Assembly (NCBI GenBank): GCA_965644295.1
Contig: CBFFRP010000059.1
Span: 81,147 to 145,146, forward strand
Direction: 5' to 3'
DNA: 64,000 nucleotides
DNA from: Paraphysomonas bandaiensis
Taxonomy: Eukaryota > Protista > Chrysophyceae
This document shows positions 49,204 to 61,969 of the stretch, piece by piece. The translations under genes were made by a program, and so were the position numbers. Below the pieces are notes generated by a model. That model did no database searches, had not been told where the DNA came from, and saw only the letters and a program-made list of their open reading frames with translations. Position 1 is the first letter of the stretch. Every line of letters begins with the position of its first letter.

Positions 49204-49322
49204 TTAAGCCTCCCATAATGTCACTGTAGCGGGTCGGTAACGATGAGGGTTGTCCTTGGTTTTGGCTGTTTTCTTCGTCTTTTGCCGTATCGTTGTGCAG
49301 GTTGATTTTTAGTTCGTGCCAT
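49204..49322 (-). pseudogene. Histone H3-variant N-terminal fragment
   Basis: MARTKNQPAQRYGKRRRKQPKP, then after a frameshift NPHRYRPATVTLWEA* (H3 has KPHRYRPGTVALRE). No histone fold follows. Confidence 0.55.
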
Positions 49323-49991
49323 GTTGTTATTGGAAGAAAATAATGAATGAGATGGCTAAATAAATTTAACGCTATGGGTCATGGCTATGTTCAAGTTCAA
49401 ATTGAAGTACAGCATAAGATCATTCCTAATGAAATGAAAATACACTAAACACATAAAAAGAAAGAAACGTTTCTTTAAATTTGAACAATTCAAAATATGA
49501 ATAAATAAGTGAACACATGAAATTGCTACATTATTAGATTATTAGTGTTGAATTATGTTACAATTGTTTCTATCTGTATAGTTCAGCAAGTTTTCGTTTC
49601 TTTAAATCTTGTGCAACCGCCGAAATGTGAATAGCATCATGTACATTTTCTATTTTTGGTATACACTTGAACATATCTGTTGATATGATTTTGTTGGATG
49701 TTATGTTATTCATAGTGTTATCTAACGTAGCTTGAATATCTTTCGAGAAGTTATAAGATAGAAGAGTGCTGCTATCCACATTGTTCATGGGATCTCTGGT
49801 GAGGCTGGAGTTCATGAGATAATGACAATACACACAGTGACTTTGAATGTTGTGGGATAGAATGGTCTGGACATACTTACATACATACACTCATAGCGTT
49901 GCTTTCTGGGACAAGCAACTGGAAGAATACTTGCTCGTGTACGTTTATAGGACATTTCCCCTACCTACTGTATTCCTTAACTACACAGTAA

Positions 49992-50304
49992 ATACATACA
50001 TACATACTGTACACACATACATACATACATACATACATACATACATACATACATACATACATACACACATACATACATACATACATACATACATACATAC
50101 ATACATACATACATACATACATACATACATACATACATACATACATACATACATACATACATACATACATACATACATACATACATACATACATACATAC
50201 ATACATACATACATACATACATACATACATACATACATACATACATACATACATACATACATACATACATACATACATACATACATACATACATACATAC
50301 ATAC
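49992..50304. repeat. (CATA)n microsatellite
   Basis: Directly visible. Confidence 0.98.
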
Positions 50305-50390
50305 CCTACTCTCTGTACTTTACATATACATATGCATGTCTCACAGTTACTCTCATATTTCATCATCCATTACACATCATTCCCGTTAAC

Positions 50391-52910
50391 ATGGAAATCG
50401 GATACATTGGTTGGATAGTTGAATGGGGTGATTATGGTAAACGTAAACGTGGTATTGTTATTGATGAAACATCACAATCACTGATAATATTTGATGAGAA
50501 TGGTGATGGAATGGGTCGATGGGAGGTTCCACTAGACACACGGCTTGTTAAAATAAAACCAGCAGATATATCTGATATAAAATTACAAAAAAGTATACGT
50601 ATGGGTTTATCCAAATGGCAAAGAGAAGATCCTGAAACTCATACAACTTTATTAACTATATTAGATGGATTAGAGAAAAGAGGATTAAATGCTGTGAAAG
50701 CTCTTGTCAAATCTGCATCTAAAGATGGTTTATATGATATGTCTAATGGATTGAATACTGATGAAATGTCTTTAAAAAAACAATTGAAGTCAAAATCACC
50801 ATCAAAGTCAGTGGTTATAGGTGAAGATGATAGTGAGGATGAAGATGATGAGGACAGTGACGAGGAGAATGGAAGTGATAGTGAAGAAGATGATGATGAA
50901 GAAGAAGATGATGAAGATGATGATGAAGAAGAGAGTGATGATGACGAGGAAGAAGAAGATGAAGAAAGCGGTGCGGATGAGAGCGAAGAGCATAATGAGG
51001 ACACGAGCGAGGATGATGAATCCGATGATGACGACTATGTAGACTTCAAGGTGTGCATTACTCTCCCTTCTGGGCAGAACGATAGCTCAACTGCCACGGA
51101 GGTGCGAGGATTTTGTGTTCGAAAGAGTAAGATCGTTCGCCGTGTGATGAGTACTCTAGAGATCGATTACGGCCTGCGTCCTCGTTTGTACTACCGTGAC
51201 AGTGATGGGGATGACGTCATGATTCGTAGACAAACAGATGTGCAATATGCTCTCAACGTACACCGAGAACGTGGACAGAAGCTCCGTCTGATGGCTGTTT
51301 TTGAGGAACAGAGGTCACGCAGCACGAGTCTGACAACCGGAGAGGAAGGATCACTTGCTCACGAACAGGGGCTTATATCCCCTGTTATGGAGCGTCTCAA
51401 CACAGCCAGTGTTTGGGGGCAAGCTTCCCCGCCCCCACAATCTATGGCTATTCCTGAGGAGGAGTCAGTGTACGGGGAGGGAGATTTTGTATGGAAAAAA
51501 GGAGAGTTGGTGGGGAGCGGATCATTTGGGCAGGTCTATGGAGGTATTCACATGGGAAGTGGGAGACGCATTGCAGTCAAGGAAGTACACTTGGCATCTA
51601 CAAGAGGTCATAAGGAGCAAGCAAAGGCTATGCTAACGGAGATCCAAGTTCTTAGCGAACTAGATCACCCGAATATTATTAAATATTTGGGAGGTAACTG
51701 GCCTTTATTCACTATAAATAGATCTAACTGTGGATGCCACAGCTGAGTGCACCAAGGATACGCTTAGGATATTCCTCGACTTAGCATCTGAAGGTTCTAT
51801 CAAGGACGTTCTCAATGAGTTTGGTGAGTGAGACCACAATTTCGGATTATCGTGTGTAAAGTTTGTGATAGGTGGCCTTGCGGAGTCCATCCTGCGCCGG
51901 TATACATCTGATATGATTGCCGGACTGAGCTTTCTTCACTCGAAGGGATACATTCATCGTGATATCAAGCCATCTAACCTTCTACTTGACAAGAGCATGG
52001 TCAAGCTTGCAGACTTTGGGTGCACAGCAGCAGTAAAGATGAGCAGTGATGGGCTACGGTAAGTATACAATTGATCTCTACGACATATGTACGAACTGTA
52101 CTGATGTATTTACCTGTAATAGCTCCGAGCCTGGACACGATACTGTGATTGGAACGACCATATATATGAGCCCGGAAGTGATGCGTGGCGCAAGTGAAGA
52201 CGAGGATGGTCGTGCTGGATATGGACGCAAGGCGGACATATGGTCCGCAGGCATCACCATAGTTGAAATGGCAACTGGAAAGCCTCCATTTAGAAACGCT
52301 GCTGCGGCCATATATGCTGTATGTGTATCAAAGGAGTTTCCCTCATTGCCCACGGAATACTCAACTGACGCACACCACTTTGTCTCCAGGTTGGAATATA
52401 TGAATTTCTGCCTTTATTGATATATATGTTGGTGTTTTTTCCTGTCAAAGCAGTAGTTTATGTCTTCTGAGTCTCCGTGTTAACAGGTGTTTAGTGGAAG
52501 ACCCTCAAGACCGAGCTGGCTGCCAGGAACTTATGGTACATCCATTTTGCCGCCCACCGGTTCGTTGTAATACGCTTCTAATATTCGGTTTAATATTGAT
52601 AACGTAGCTCTCTATGGACGCGCGTGTATTACAAACCCCCGTGCAACTTGATAGTAAGGTGTCGACATCGACATTGCGTATGAATCCCGACTTTGAATTG
52701 ACTTTCCAATCATCCTGTGATAGCATGCGGGACGACATTGGAACCAATCTCCGTAGTGCGCGAAATAGTGAAGACGAAGATGATACCTTCTTTATGTCTG
52801 CGATGAGACCTTCTTCTCGTCAGTTAAGCAGACCATCCACTGCTCAGACGTATACAGAAGTGTCTGTCCTGAATGTTGTCGATCTAAATGATGCCACACA
52901 GGAAAGATAG
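50391..52910 (+). CDS. STE11/MEKK-like MAP3K with long acidic tract and PB1 domain, multi-exon
   Basis: PB1 motif LYYRDSDGDDVMI. Kinase motifs WKKGELVGSGSFGQVY, AVKEV, HRDIKPSNLL, DFG, GTTIYMSPE and ADIWSAGITIVEMATGKPPF. Confidence 0.88.
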
Positions 52911-53395
52911 TGCGTATTTCTTATTAATTATATTTGTACTTAATGTAAAAATCGAACTAATAGAGATTACTCTTCAATTATTTTAGTTTTAGTTGAATTA
53001 TTGAAGTTGCCGGTAGCACACATCACACATGTAAATTCACGATTACACAGATTCTTCATATGCCCTCTGACTGTAAAGCTGCTAGCATATTATATCAATG
53101 GAGAAATTGAGACTTTCTCATATTTGAAGGAATTGCTGAACCAGTATATGTATCGCCTCGCTGGTTGTCATGTAGTTCTAGTACACAAGGGGATCATAAT
53201 AGAGGATAGGGGTGGATGGTGAAGTTGTAGTGTTGCACTACGCACTACTATACTACTATCTACTATGTAATATTCGTAAAATTGACGAAGTTCTTCACTA
53301 GCCAATAACGTTCTGGTGTTGTTCAATAGAATGGTATTTCCTTATTAAAATTTTCAGCGAACTCACACATTACTACAAATCAATAGGTGCGTGAA

Positions 53396-54357
53396 CTAAT
53401 TAGCCTCATCAAGGTAATCCCTCACTTCTGCGGGAGAGAGAACTCTGAATACTTTGTCCGCGGTGACAATGCCGACCTCGATATTGAACTCAGTCATTTC
53501 TCCTTCGAAGCTTTCTCTCATCGTCAACAGAGCTATGTGAACTGCATCATCCAATTCCATATCCTATACACATGTATCAGCGAAGTAACTGCACAGCTGC
53601 AGCAGGGTACCTCATTGTATCGCCTCTCCAAAAAGTTCTTGGCATTGATGTAATTCTTCCCAATGGCAGTAGCCTTCCATCCGAACGCAGCACCAGAGGG
53701 ATCAATCTGAAACAGCTGAGGACCAGCGTCGTCGTAACCCGCCGCAAGACAAGATACCCCAAAAGGACGCACTCCGCCTGCGACGTATTATTATCACACT
53801 CACAATTTGGATATTCGCAAGCAGCAAAACCACCAAACACAACAGCATCACACATACAAAAATATTCATACAAAGAAAGATCTCTGACCTGATTGCGTAT
53901 ACTCCTGCATAACCAGTGCACTCTCTCTCACCACCTCTGCAACAGGTTGGACCTCCCTATATGTCAGATAATATTTTTGGGCAGCTTTCCGCGCGTTCCT
54001 TGTCAATACTCGAAAATCAGGTCCCATGCCAGAATATACAAAACCTAAATATATAAATAAACACTATATAATGATATATTATACTGTATTACTTACCAGT
54101 TGATGGGGTTATATTTTGCATCTTGACAAGCTCCTTATCATCCACAAGTGTTGTACTAACTTTCTTATCAGTTACAAGTACAACACCATTAGTAGCTATA
54201 TATCATCATATGATTCTCTCTCTATGTATATATATGTATGTATACCTTTAATTCCTAATGACATTTTTCCTTGTTGTACTCTGTTTAATGCATACTCAAT
54301 TTGTAATAATTTCCCTGTTTTATTAAAGGTTGTTAATGAAAAATTCATATCACCCAT
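53396..54357 (-). CDS. PSMA2: 20S proteasome subunit alpha-2, 5 exons
   Basis: [47 protein letters not shown] and [21 protein letters not shown]. Confidence 0.96.
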
Positions 54358-55302
54358 GGTGTTAATATATATGGATTGTAGAGGTATGTATATATATGAA
54401 GATGGTTGAGTTGTATGTTGTGATCTATGAATTAGGAGATATATATGTATATGTATGTATGTATGTAGAGGATGGATGTGGTGTATGTATGTATGCATGT
54501 GTGTATGATTGCAGTACATATATATGAGTGTCACACTACGTACATACTATACATTGCTGTATATAGAAGTAGGATACATACATGCTGCTGTGGATGTATA
54601 CATCATCTATACATGTGTATCTACAGTCCGGATACAGAGGTACAATGAAGAGAATACATTCCTGTATAAAACGTATACTGTCTTATGCAGTACACAAAAA
54701 TATACAGAGAATACAGTGCTGTATAGCATAATCGTTATTTATCAAGCAGTGCGCCGTATGTAACTACAAGAGTGTATACTATATATACGCTGTGTGTGTA
54801 CTCTGTATATGTATGTATGTATATATGTATGTATGTAGGTATGTGGAGGTATAGTACTATCATACATACTGCTGTGAGGGTTACATACATACATACATGT
54901 ACATACATACATAGAGGGAGAGAGTTACATCAACAGTAACTAACAGTGAGATATATCATACCTATTCTCCCATTCCACTGATCATATGCCGTCAGGATAA
55001 ACTTACTATCACTCTATCCCCTCTCAACCCATCCCAACAATACACATAGACTTGATTATCAACCCATACGGTACGTACACCCCTCTGATCACATATACAC
55101 ACACACAGCAGGCATCCTCATGCTTTACATACATATCCATCTCTCCAACTAATCATTATATACAGGAATATACAGGAATATACAGGAATCTACTATCCAT
55201 CAATACATACATACATATATCCTCATATCATACTAATATACACACATGTCTTCTACTTAACATCATCATATCATAGAAATCACATCATAGAACTCGTTTG
55301 AT

Positions 55303-58300
55303 ATGTCAAAAAATGAGGAAGAGAATAAAGAACCTTCACAGGAACCTGCAGAGAAACCAAAGGTCTCATATGATTCGTATCTATTATATAATAACCACTT
55401 TCATATATACAGATATATGGAGACTATGAAATATTAAAAGCTATTGGTAAAGGAAAATTTGCAGTGGTTTATAGAGCACAGCGTATTAGTGATGGGAAAA
55501 TTGGTAATCTATCGTGTTGATATTGTATATATATAATGTGTTTATATGCATACAGTTGCGTTAAAAAGGATATCAGTGGATATGATAGATGATAAGGCCC
55601 GTGATAAGTGTTTGAAAGAGGTACAGTGGATATACGCTCTCTTGATAAATAGACCTCAGTATATATTCGTTATATTATATACAGGTCCGTCTGTTGCAAT
55701 CCCTTGACCATCCGAATATAATCAAATATTACGATTCTTTCATTAATGAGAATGACTTGGTGATTATTTTTGAGTGGGCTGCAGCTGGTGATCTGAAACG
55801 TCAGTTACGGAAGGCTATTGAGAGAGAAGCAGGATTCGACGAACGCATTATTTGGAAGTATTTCAGTCAGATCGCAGACGCCATCCAGCACATGCACGAG
55901 AAGCGAATCATGCACCGCGATTTGAAGCCTGCCAATATATTTCTTACCCTTGATGGGACAGTTAAAGTGGGAGATCTTGGACTGAGTCGAGAACTGTCAG
56001 AAAATACATACCAGGCACACTCTAAAGTGGGTACACCGTTATACATGTCACCCGAAGTATTGCGAGGCGATGGGTACGACTTCAAAAGTGATATTTGGAG
56101 TATTGGGTGCTTATTATATGAGCTGGCCATGCTTAAGTCACCCTTCAAGTCGGAAGGTCTCAACCTGTACTCTCTCTTTCAGAAGATATCCCAGGGTGAA
56201 TATAGCCCTTTACCAGAGCGATATTCCAGTGAGTTACGGGAACTGGCTTACTCAATGATATCTACCGATCCCGAAGCCCGTCCAGAGATTGGAGACATTT
56301 GCCAGACCGCTAGAGCCATGCGACTTCGCTTCAATGAAGAGTACGTGAGGGCAAAGAAACAGCAAGCTTTTCGGTCCGAAACTCCAACTGGGGGCTCTTC
56401 GAACCAAGAACGGGAGGATGCAGGGTATGATGGTAAAGAGGAAAAGGACGACGAGGAAGAGAAATCTCCCAAATCTGCGGTTTCAAAATCGACGGCCGCC
56501 TCGAGATCTCCTCTGGATGGTGCCAAGAATGATGAGAGCGAGAAGGATGAACCACGCATGTCAACTCCAGTGATGCGACCTCAGGGTCGCCGGGAAGAGG
56601 TAGATGATGATCGCACTCCAGAGCGTCGCCGGGAGCGAGGGGGGGAGCACGAGGAGGGGCGCTCTAAAGTACGAAATAAAGCTCTGGAAGATGCACAACA
56701 CAGTGATAGCTCAGATGACACCGATGGACCAGGAGCACAGATGAAGCGGCGGCAGGGAGGAAAGAACAGGTACCAGAGCGCAGTTGAGAATCGAGAAAGT
56801 GATGGTCCGTGGACTCAACTAAATGGCGTAAGCGGACGTGATAGAATGGATGGAGGGGATACATACAATGGGGGTGGGCAAGAATCTCGCTATAGCAGAT
56901 CGCAAATTAGTCGGGAAAATGAGAGAGACTCCATGACGCCACAGAAGCCTGTTTTTAAACCCTCTAAATCTCCCAGTACTGACGGCGACTTCATTCCGTA
57001 TACCAAACCGACACCTCATACATCGGCTACCAGCGCTTCCACTGTACAGCCGCGTAGACGAAAGAAAGGCAGTGCCGCAACTTCACCGAACCCAGTCCCA
57101 CCTGCAAAGGTGACACGGCAAGTGTCTGATGCGAGTGCCATGAGTGATGAGGATATGGCACCCACTGGCATGACCCGAACACTAAAGGCGTCACACACTG
57201 GGCAGCAGGGCACCAAAGACTCGCCAACTAAACTTTGCGCTTCAGGTGTTGCCCTGGCACAAATGGACATTCTTTACGGCAAGCTTGTAGCTCTTGGGTA
57301 TCCTGTCTACTCGAGTGAGTCATCGCAGATGAAAATTTCGCCAGTGCACTTTGTTTGCGACCTCTCAGTGCTCTACGGTGGTCGGAGCCGAGTCTCTTTT
57401 CCCTCCACACAGTTTGGAAGCTTCGTGGAAGTGGCATTGTGGATGGTGGAGAAGGTGCAGGGCGTTTCTTTTGTGAGAGACATTGATATTGACACGGATC
57501 CACCAACGACTATAGTAAAGCGACTTCTCAAACTCGCCCAGGTACTTTGCAGCATTGGTGTTGATGAAGTGTGTATTTATCGTAGCATCTATTTATAATC
57601 TATTGACTGGTGTGCAGGACTGCGGAGTAAGTGGGGAACTTCTGGCTGACATCCCTCCCACCAGTCTCTTGCAAGGGCACGGGGAAAAAGTGTGTGTCTT
57701 GCTTAACGCTCTCTCGGACTGCGCACTCAAACATCATAAATGGGGTCCCATTGAATATCCATCTGAAGGAATGCTAGAAGGACAGGCGCATACTGAATCC
57801 GACGATGATAATGATGTGGAGGTACTTTTCCCGTTTTCGTACAACTGCTCTTGCAAGAATGATTATGGATGCCGTTCATTTTGTTTGTACTAACGCAAGA
57901 ATAGGATTTGTGTGCAGAATCATTCAATGAGCAAGATTTCGTGGAGGCGGAAGCATCTGGTGACCCTACGGCATCTAGTACCAGGAGACTACACATGAGT
58001 GTCATTCTACCGTCTGTGGACTCGCAGCAATGGAAGGAGGAGACTGAGCGGGTCTCTGCAGCTCTCAAGGCGGGCATGAAGTCGAATAGGGTCAGCAACA
58101 GCCATTGGGGTGCTCATGTAGCATCTATGAGAGAGTATGCGAACAAAGTGGACCCTCCAGACAACTCCTCTGTGCAGGAGGGGGTGGACATATCGTCGGA
58201 GTCCATCACTGAGCTTATCACTGGGTTGCAGAGGTCGCTTCTGGAGGGTGTCAGTGGGATTGCTAGAGGAGAGGCGATGTTGAATTCAAATCCTACTCTA

Positions 58301-58762
58301 CTACAACTGTCGACTCAGTATGCCAAGGTCAAAGAGGTATGCCCGTTAATTATATATAGTTAATGTCCATGTACATATAGCTGGCATAGCTAAAGGCTTA
58401 TTGTGTAGTCGAGCAAAGAGCTGGAGGATCGAATAAGTGAGATATCGAAACATATAGCTGCCAGTTCTGATAAGCTGGCTGAGGCCCAGGAGGCCCTGAC
58501 TGAGGTAAATGAGAGGTTGAATCTAAAGACGGGAGAGAATGGTGACGGTGACGGTGGAGGTATGCTTGTCAACTTGAAGAGGGCGATAAAAACTATCAAA
58601 GAAGAAAACAAAGAGATGACTATAAGAACAGGTCTCATTCATTCGGAGCTCATGACCATTAGAAAGTCAGATGTATCACTGAGAAGACGCCAGACGGCAA
58701 AAAAGAGTAAAAAGAGTCGGTACAGCAAGAAAAATAGTCAACAATATGATACTGATGGGTAG
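55303..58762 (+). CDS. NEK6/7-like kinase fused to a C-terminal IFT57-like domain
   Basis: Kinase: IGKGKFAVVYRA, CLKEVRLLQSLDHPNII, HRDLKPANIF, GDLGLSR, HSKVGTPLYMSPE and YDFKSDIWS. The same exon continues into MDILYGKLVALGY and DPPTTIV; later exons give IPPTSLLQGHGEKVCVLLNAL, DSQQWKEETERV and LVNLKRAIKTIKEE..EMTIRTGLI. Confidence 0.85.
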
Positions 58763-59373
58763 AAGTTGTATATAGCTAATGTGATATTACACTGGTCTAT
58801 ATATTAGATACTGTGGTATATATATGGTGTAGTATGATAGTTTCGATTGTTGGAATAATAGCTGACAGTGATGGTATTTACCTAACGCTGTAAAAAAGGA
58901 CACGACTACACTTGACGGCCTTACCTGTAAATTGTGTAGCCTAAAAAGTAAATAGTCATAGAATATAGTTTATTGGTATTATTAAAATTCACTACTTCAC
59001 GTGAATACAACAGGTTGCAATACAATGAAACAACACTTGATAGAAAAATATCATCAGACTATATAAGATATAAGATACGTGACTGTACAAGATATTCATC
59101 TATGTGATAAATTCTATTGCTTCTTACGCCTTACAGTCATGTTTTGCTTTTTTCTATCATACTATTAGGTTTATTCTCTATGTGAGAAGTCTTCACTAAT
59201 CTTCCTTTAACTATAATACAAAAAGTGTATCTCTTATTGAACAATATTACGACTAGCTAGTAATTTTAATATGGCAGATGATGAGTTTAGTAGTGAATGT
59301 TATATTATTAGAAATAGGCGATGAAGAGTCAGAACTAATATAGAAAAACAATTTAATTAACTAATATACTTAA

Positions 59374-59723
59374 CTCTGACATCCTACTACGCAACGCTAT
59401 AAAAGCTGCTTGTGCGTCACCTCAAGCACCAAGGGCAAGCACTTTCACTCTATCACTCAAAGCAAACGCACTGGGCAAGCAGAATGTTGATATACCCTTG
59501 AAGAGGGCCAATTCCAAATGCTTGATTCAGGCAGGGACGTACGGGAGTGTCATACCACAAGAAGTGGCAGTGAAATTCTTCTTTTGATTGATGAATTGGA
59601 GTAGGGATTATCATAAAACTGTTAGTGTTTTGGAACTCATCCGCTGAGCGAAAGTGGATGCACCTTGGTGCTTGCGTTGTCACACAAGCAGCTTTCGTAG
59701 CGTTGAATAGTAGGATATCAGAG
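59374..59723. mobile_element. piggyBac-type MITE (350 bp, ~77-bp imperfect TIRs, TTAA TSD)
   Basis: TTAA|CTCTGACATCCTACTA...TAGTAGGATATCAGAG|TTAA. Confidence 0.8.
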
Positions 59724-60309
59724 TTAAGCAATGACTCCAAAACGCCTATTGGTAATAACAAGACATTCATTACTACTCAGAAACAGTATCTCTGATTTTT
59801 CATTATAAGTGCCTAGTACACACACATCAATGATAGCACAATAATATCTATCTCAGCCATTTGAATGTAAAACATACAGGGCTGATGATCCTTGCATATA
59901 AGTGTTATATTCTGTTAGTGTTGTGTACACAAGTCTACTGAAGGTTATACTATATTATAATATGATATGTATTGCGCGATTGAAGAGAAGTGGATGGTAA
60001 AATATAGCTTTAAAGTGTCTTATTAAGTAACTGAACATTGAACTCACTCAGTAATCAATTATTTAAATTCTGGCCAACGTATCTCATCATTTATAGTCGT
60101 TCTCTATACCCTCAACAAAGTCGGACTCGCACCTTTTCGTGGTGTTCTGGGGGATAAGTACCGGAGAGATTCTCTCTGGTAAACTAACGTGAGCCGCAAA
60201 CATAGTCGGCAGATATTTTTCTACCCACTCATAGCCGAATGCTTGTGTGGTACAAGGGACACCAATAAGTGTCACTTGTGTAGGCGTCTTTGAGCCCTGA
60301 CGAATAAAC

Positions 60310-60479
60310 AGGCATCCGGGAATGGGCCCACCTCAAGGGTAACCGGGGTATTGGGCTACCTGCTGAAGTCAAGCATCCGGGATGTTCACCTTAAGAACTC
60401 GGAGCGGAAGTGGTCGCACCTTGGTGCTTGCGGCGACGCACAAGAAGCTTCCGTAGCGTTAAATAGTAGGATAAAAAAG
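60310..60479. repeat. Third, diverged copy of the MITE terminus
   Basis: gcaccttggtgcttgcg...cgtagcgttaaatagtaggat matches 59660-59717. Homology to 59490-59515 extends inward. Confidence 0.75.
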
Positions 60480-61374
60480 TTTGTACTGATTAGTTACAGG
60501 TAGAGGTCTAAATAGTTTGTCTAGCATTCATCTAGCTACTAAATCGGTGCAGGTTTTTAATGCATATTGCTAATAATAAGACTTTCAATATCGTTCTCTA
60601 TATTTATGTTATCTCTTAATTTCTACTACCAATCAATGTTATCATATCTTAGATAGGCACGTAGGTACAGTCGATATATTTTAGTATTAGTAATATATAA
60701 TATATTACTCATATCATATCATTAGATTGTGTAATATATTTTTACCTACAACTACAGTATTCTGAATTTAACGGTCATAATTCAAAATATTTAAATGCAG
60801 CAACACTCACCACAATAAGTGAAAGGAAATCATAATAGGAAACGGTAAAGCTAGTCGTCAAGGAAGTAAATTAAGTTACCAATTCGTGTCTATAGTGTAC
60901 AGTATTTATGGGCGAACACAGGAGAGCTATTGTTCGAAAAAAACGAAGGGAGAGAGACAAGGACAAGCCTTTTTACCCCCAAACCCCTAGGGGCTTCTTC
61001 TCTTCGAGTGTTTCCAATTACAACTGCAAGCTTGCAGTTGTAATTCCTTCTCTTTGTAAGTTTAACTTTATATATTATTTATATTCTTAAATAAAATTAA
61101 TAACTTTATATATTTTTTATAATGTTTATAATAAAAAGTAATATAGATAGTAAAGTAGATTTAATAAGTAGATTTAATAGTAGATATAGAGAGAGGAAAA
61201 AAATAAAATGAAAAATAATTTAATTTGTAAGGTTTGTAAAAACCCCGGGATTCTACCATTAAAACTACTTATTAAATCTACTTTGTTATCTATATGACTT
61301 TTTTATAATAATGTATAATGGCAATGCTTTAAGCTCTGGAATGTAGTTGTAGTGATATAATGGCGAAGCTTTAA

Positions 61375-61408
61375 GCAAAAACTCATAAAACCTTGAATTC
61401 TAATTTAA
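61375..61408 (+). promoter_or_regulatory. Conserved upstream motif, copy 1 (before the HNH gene)
   Basis: GCAAAAACTCATAAAACCTTGAATTCTAATTTAA; near-copy at 62928-62962. Confidence 0.55.
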
Positions 61409-61462
61409 ATATATATAAAATGGTTTAAAAATAAATTATTATATACATATATATATATTACA

Positions 61463-61969
61463 ATGGCTGAAGAATGGAAAGTGATTGATGGATACAACAA
61501 TAATTATAGTGTATCAAATAAAGGAAATGTGAAGAATAACAATACGGAAAGAATATTAAAGCAAACTATAAATAGAGATGGTTACCATAGACTCAGTCTT
61601 TATGTTGATAGAAAGCAAAAAACAGTTGAGATTCATCGATTAGTTGCAATAGCATTCATTCCGAATCCAGAAAATAAGCCTTGTGTAGATCATATAAATA
61701 ATAACACATTAGACAACAATGTTAATAATTTGAGATGGGCAACCGCAAAAGAGAATCAATATAACCAAAAATTAAGCAAAGCAAACAAATGTGGAGTAAA
61801 AGGCGTATGTTATAACAAAAGAGATAAGAAATGGCGAGCGTCAATAAAATTAGACGGCATTAAAATCCACATTGGAAGCTTCGACACAATAGAAGAAGCA
61901 AAGCAAGCACGAATAAAGAGAGCAAATAAAGCATTCGGAGTTTTCATAAATGCTTGTGAAAGAGAATAA
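61463..61969 (+). CDS. NUMOD4-HNH-AP2 homing endonuclease
   Basis: EEWKVIDGY..YSVSNKGNVKN (NUMOD4), IHRLVAIAFIPNPENKPCVDHINNNTLDNNVNNLRWAT (HNH) and GVKGV.YNKRDKKWRASI..HIGSFDTIEEA (AP2-like). Confidence 0.93.
   Translation: MAEEWKVIDGYNNNYSVSNKGNVKNNNTERILKQTINRDGYHRLSLYVDRKQKTVEIHRLVAIAFIPNPENKPCVDHINNNTLDNNVNNLRWATAKENQYNQKLSKANKCGVKGVCYNKRDKKWRASIKLDGIKIHIGSFDTIEEAKQARIKRANKAFGVFINACERE

Noticed and set aside
60296-60330. Hammerhead ribozyme core (CTGACGA)
   Set aside because: No stem II followed by GAAA in the required position.
60090-60480. IscB/Fanzor omega-RNA
   Set aside because: No RuvC-type ORF nearby. The end is explained as a piggyBac-type TIR.
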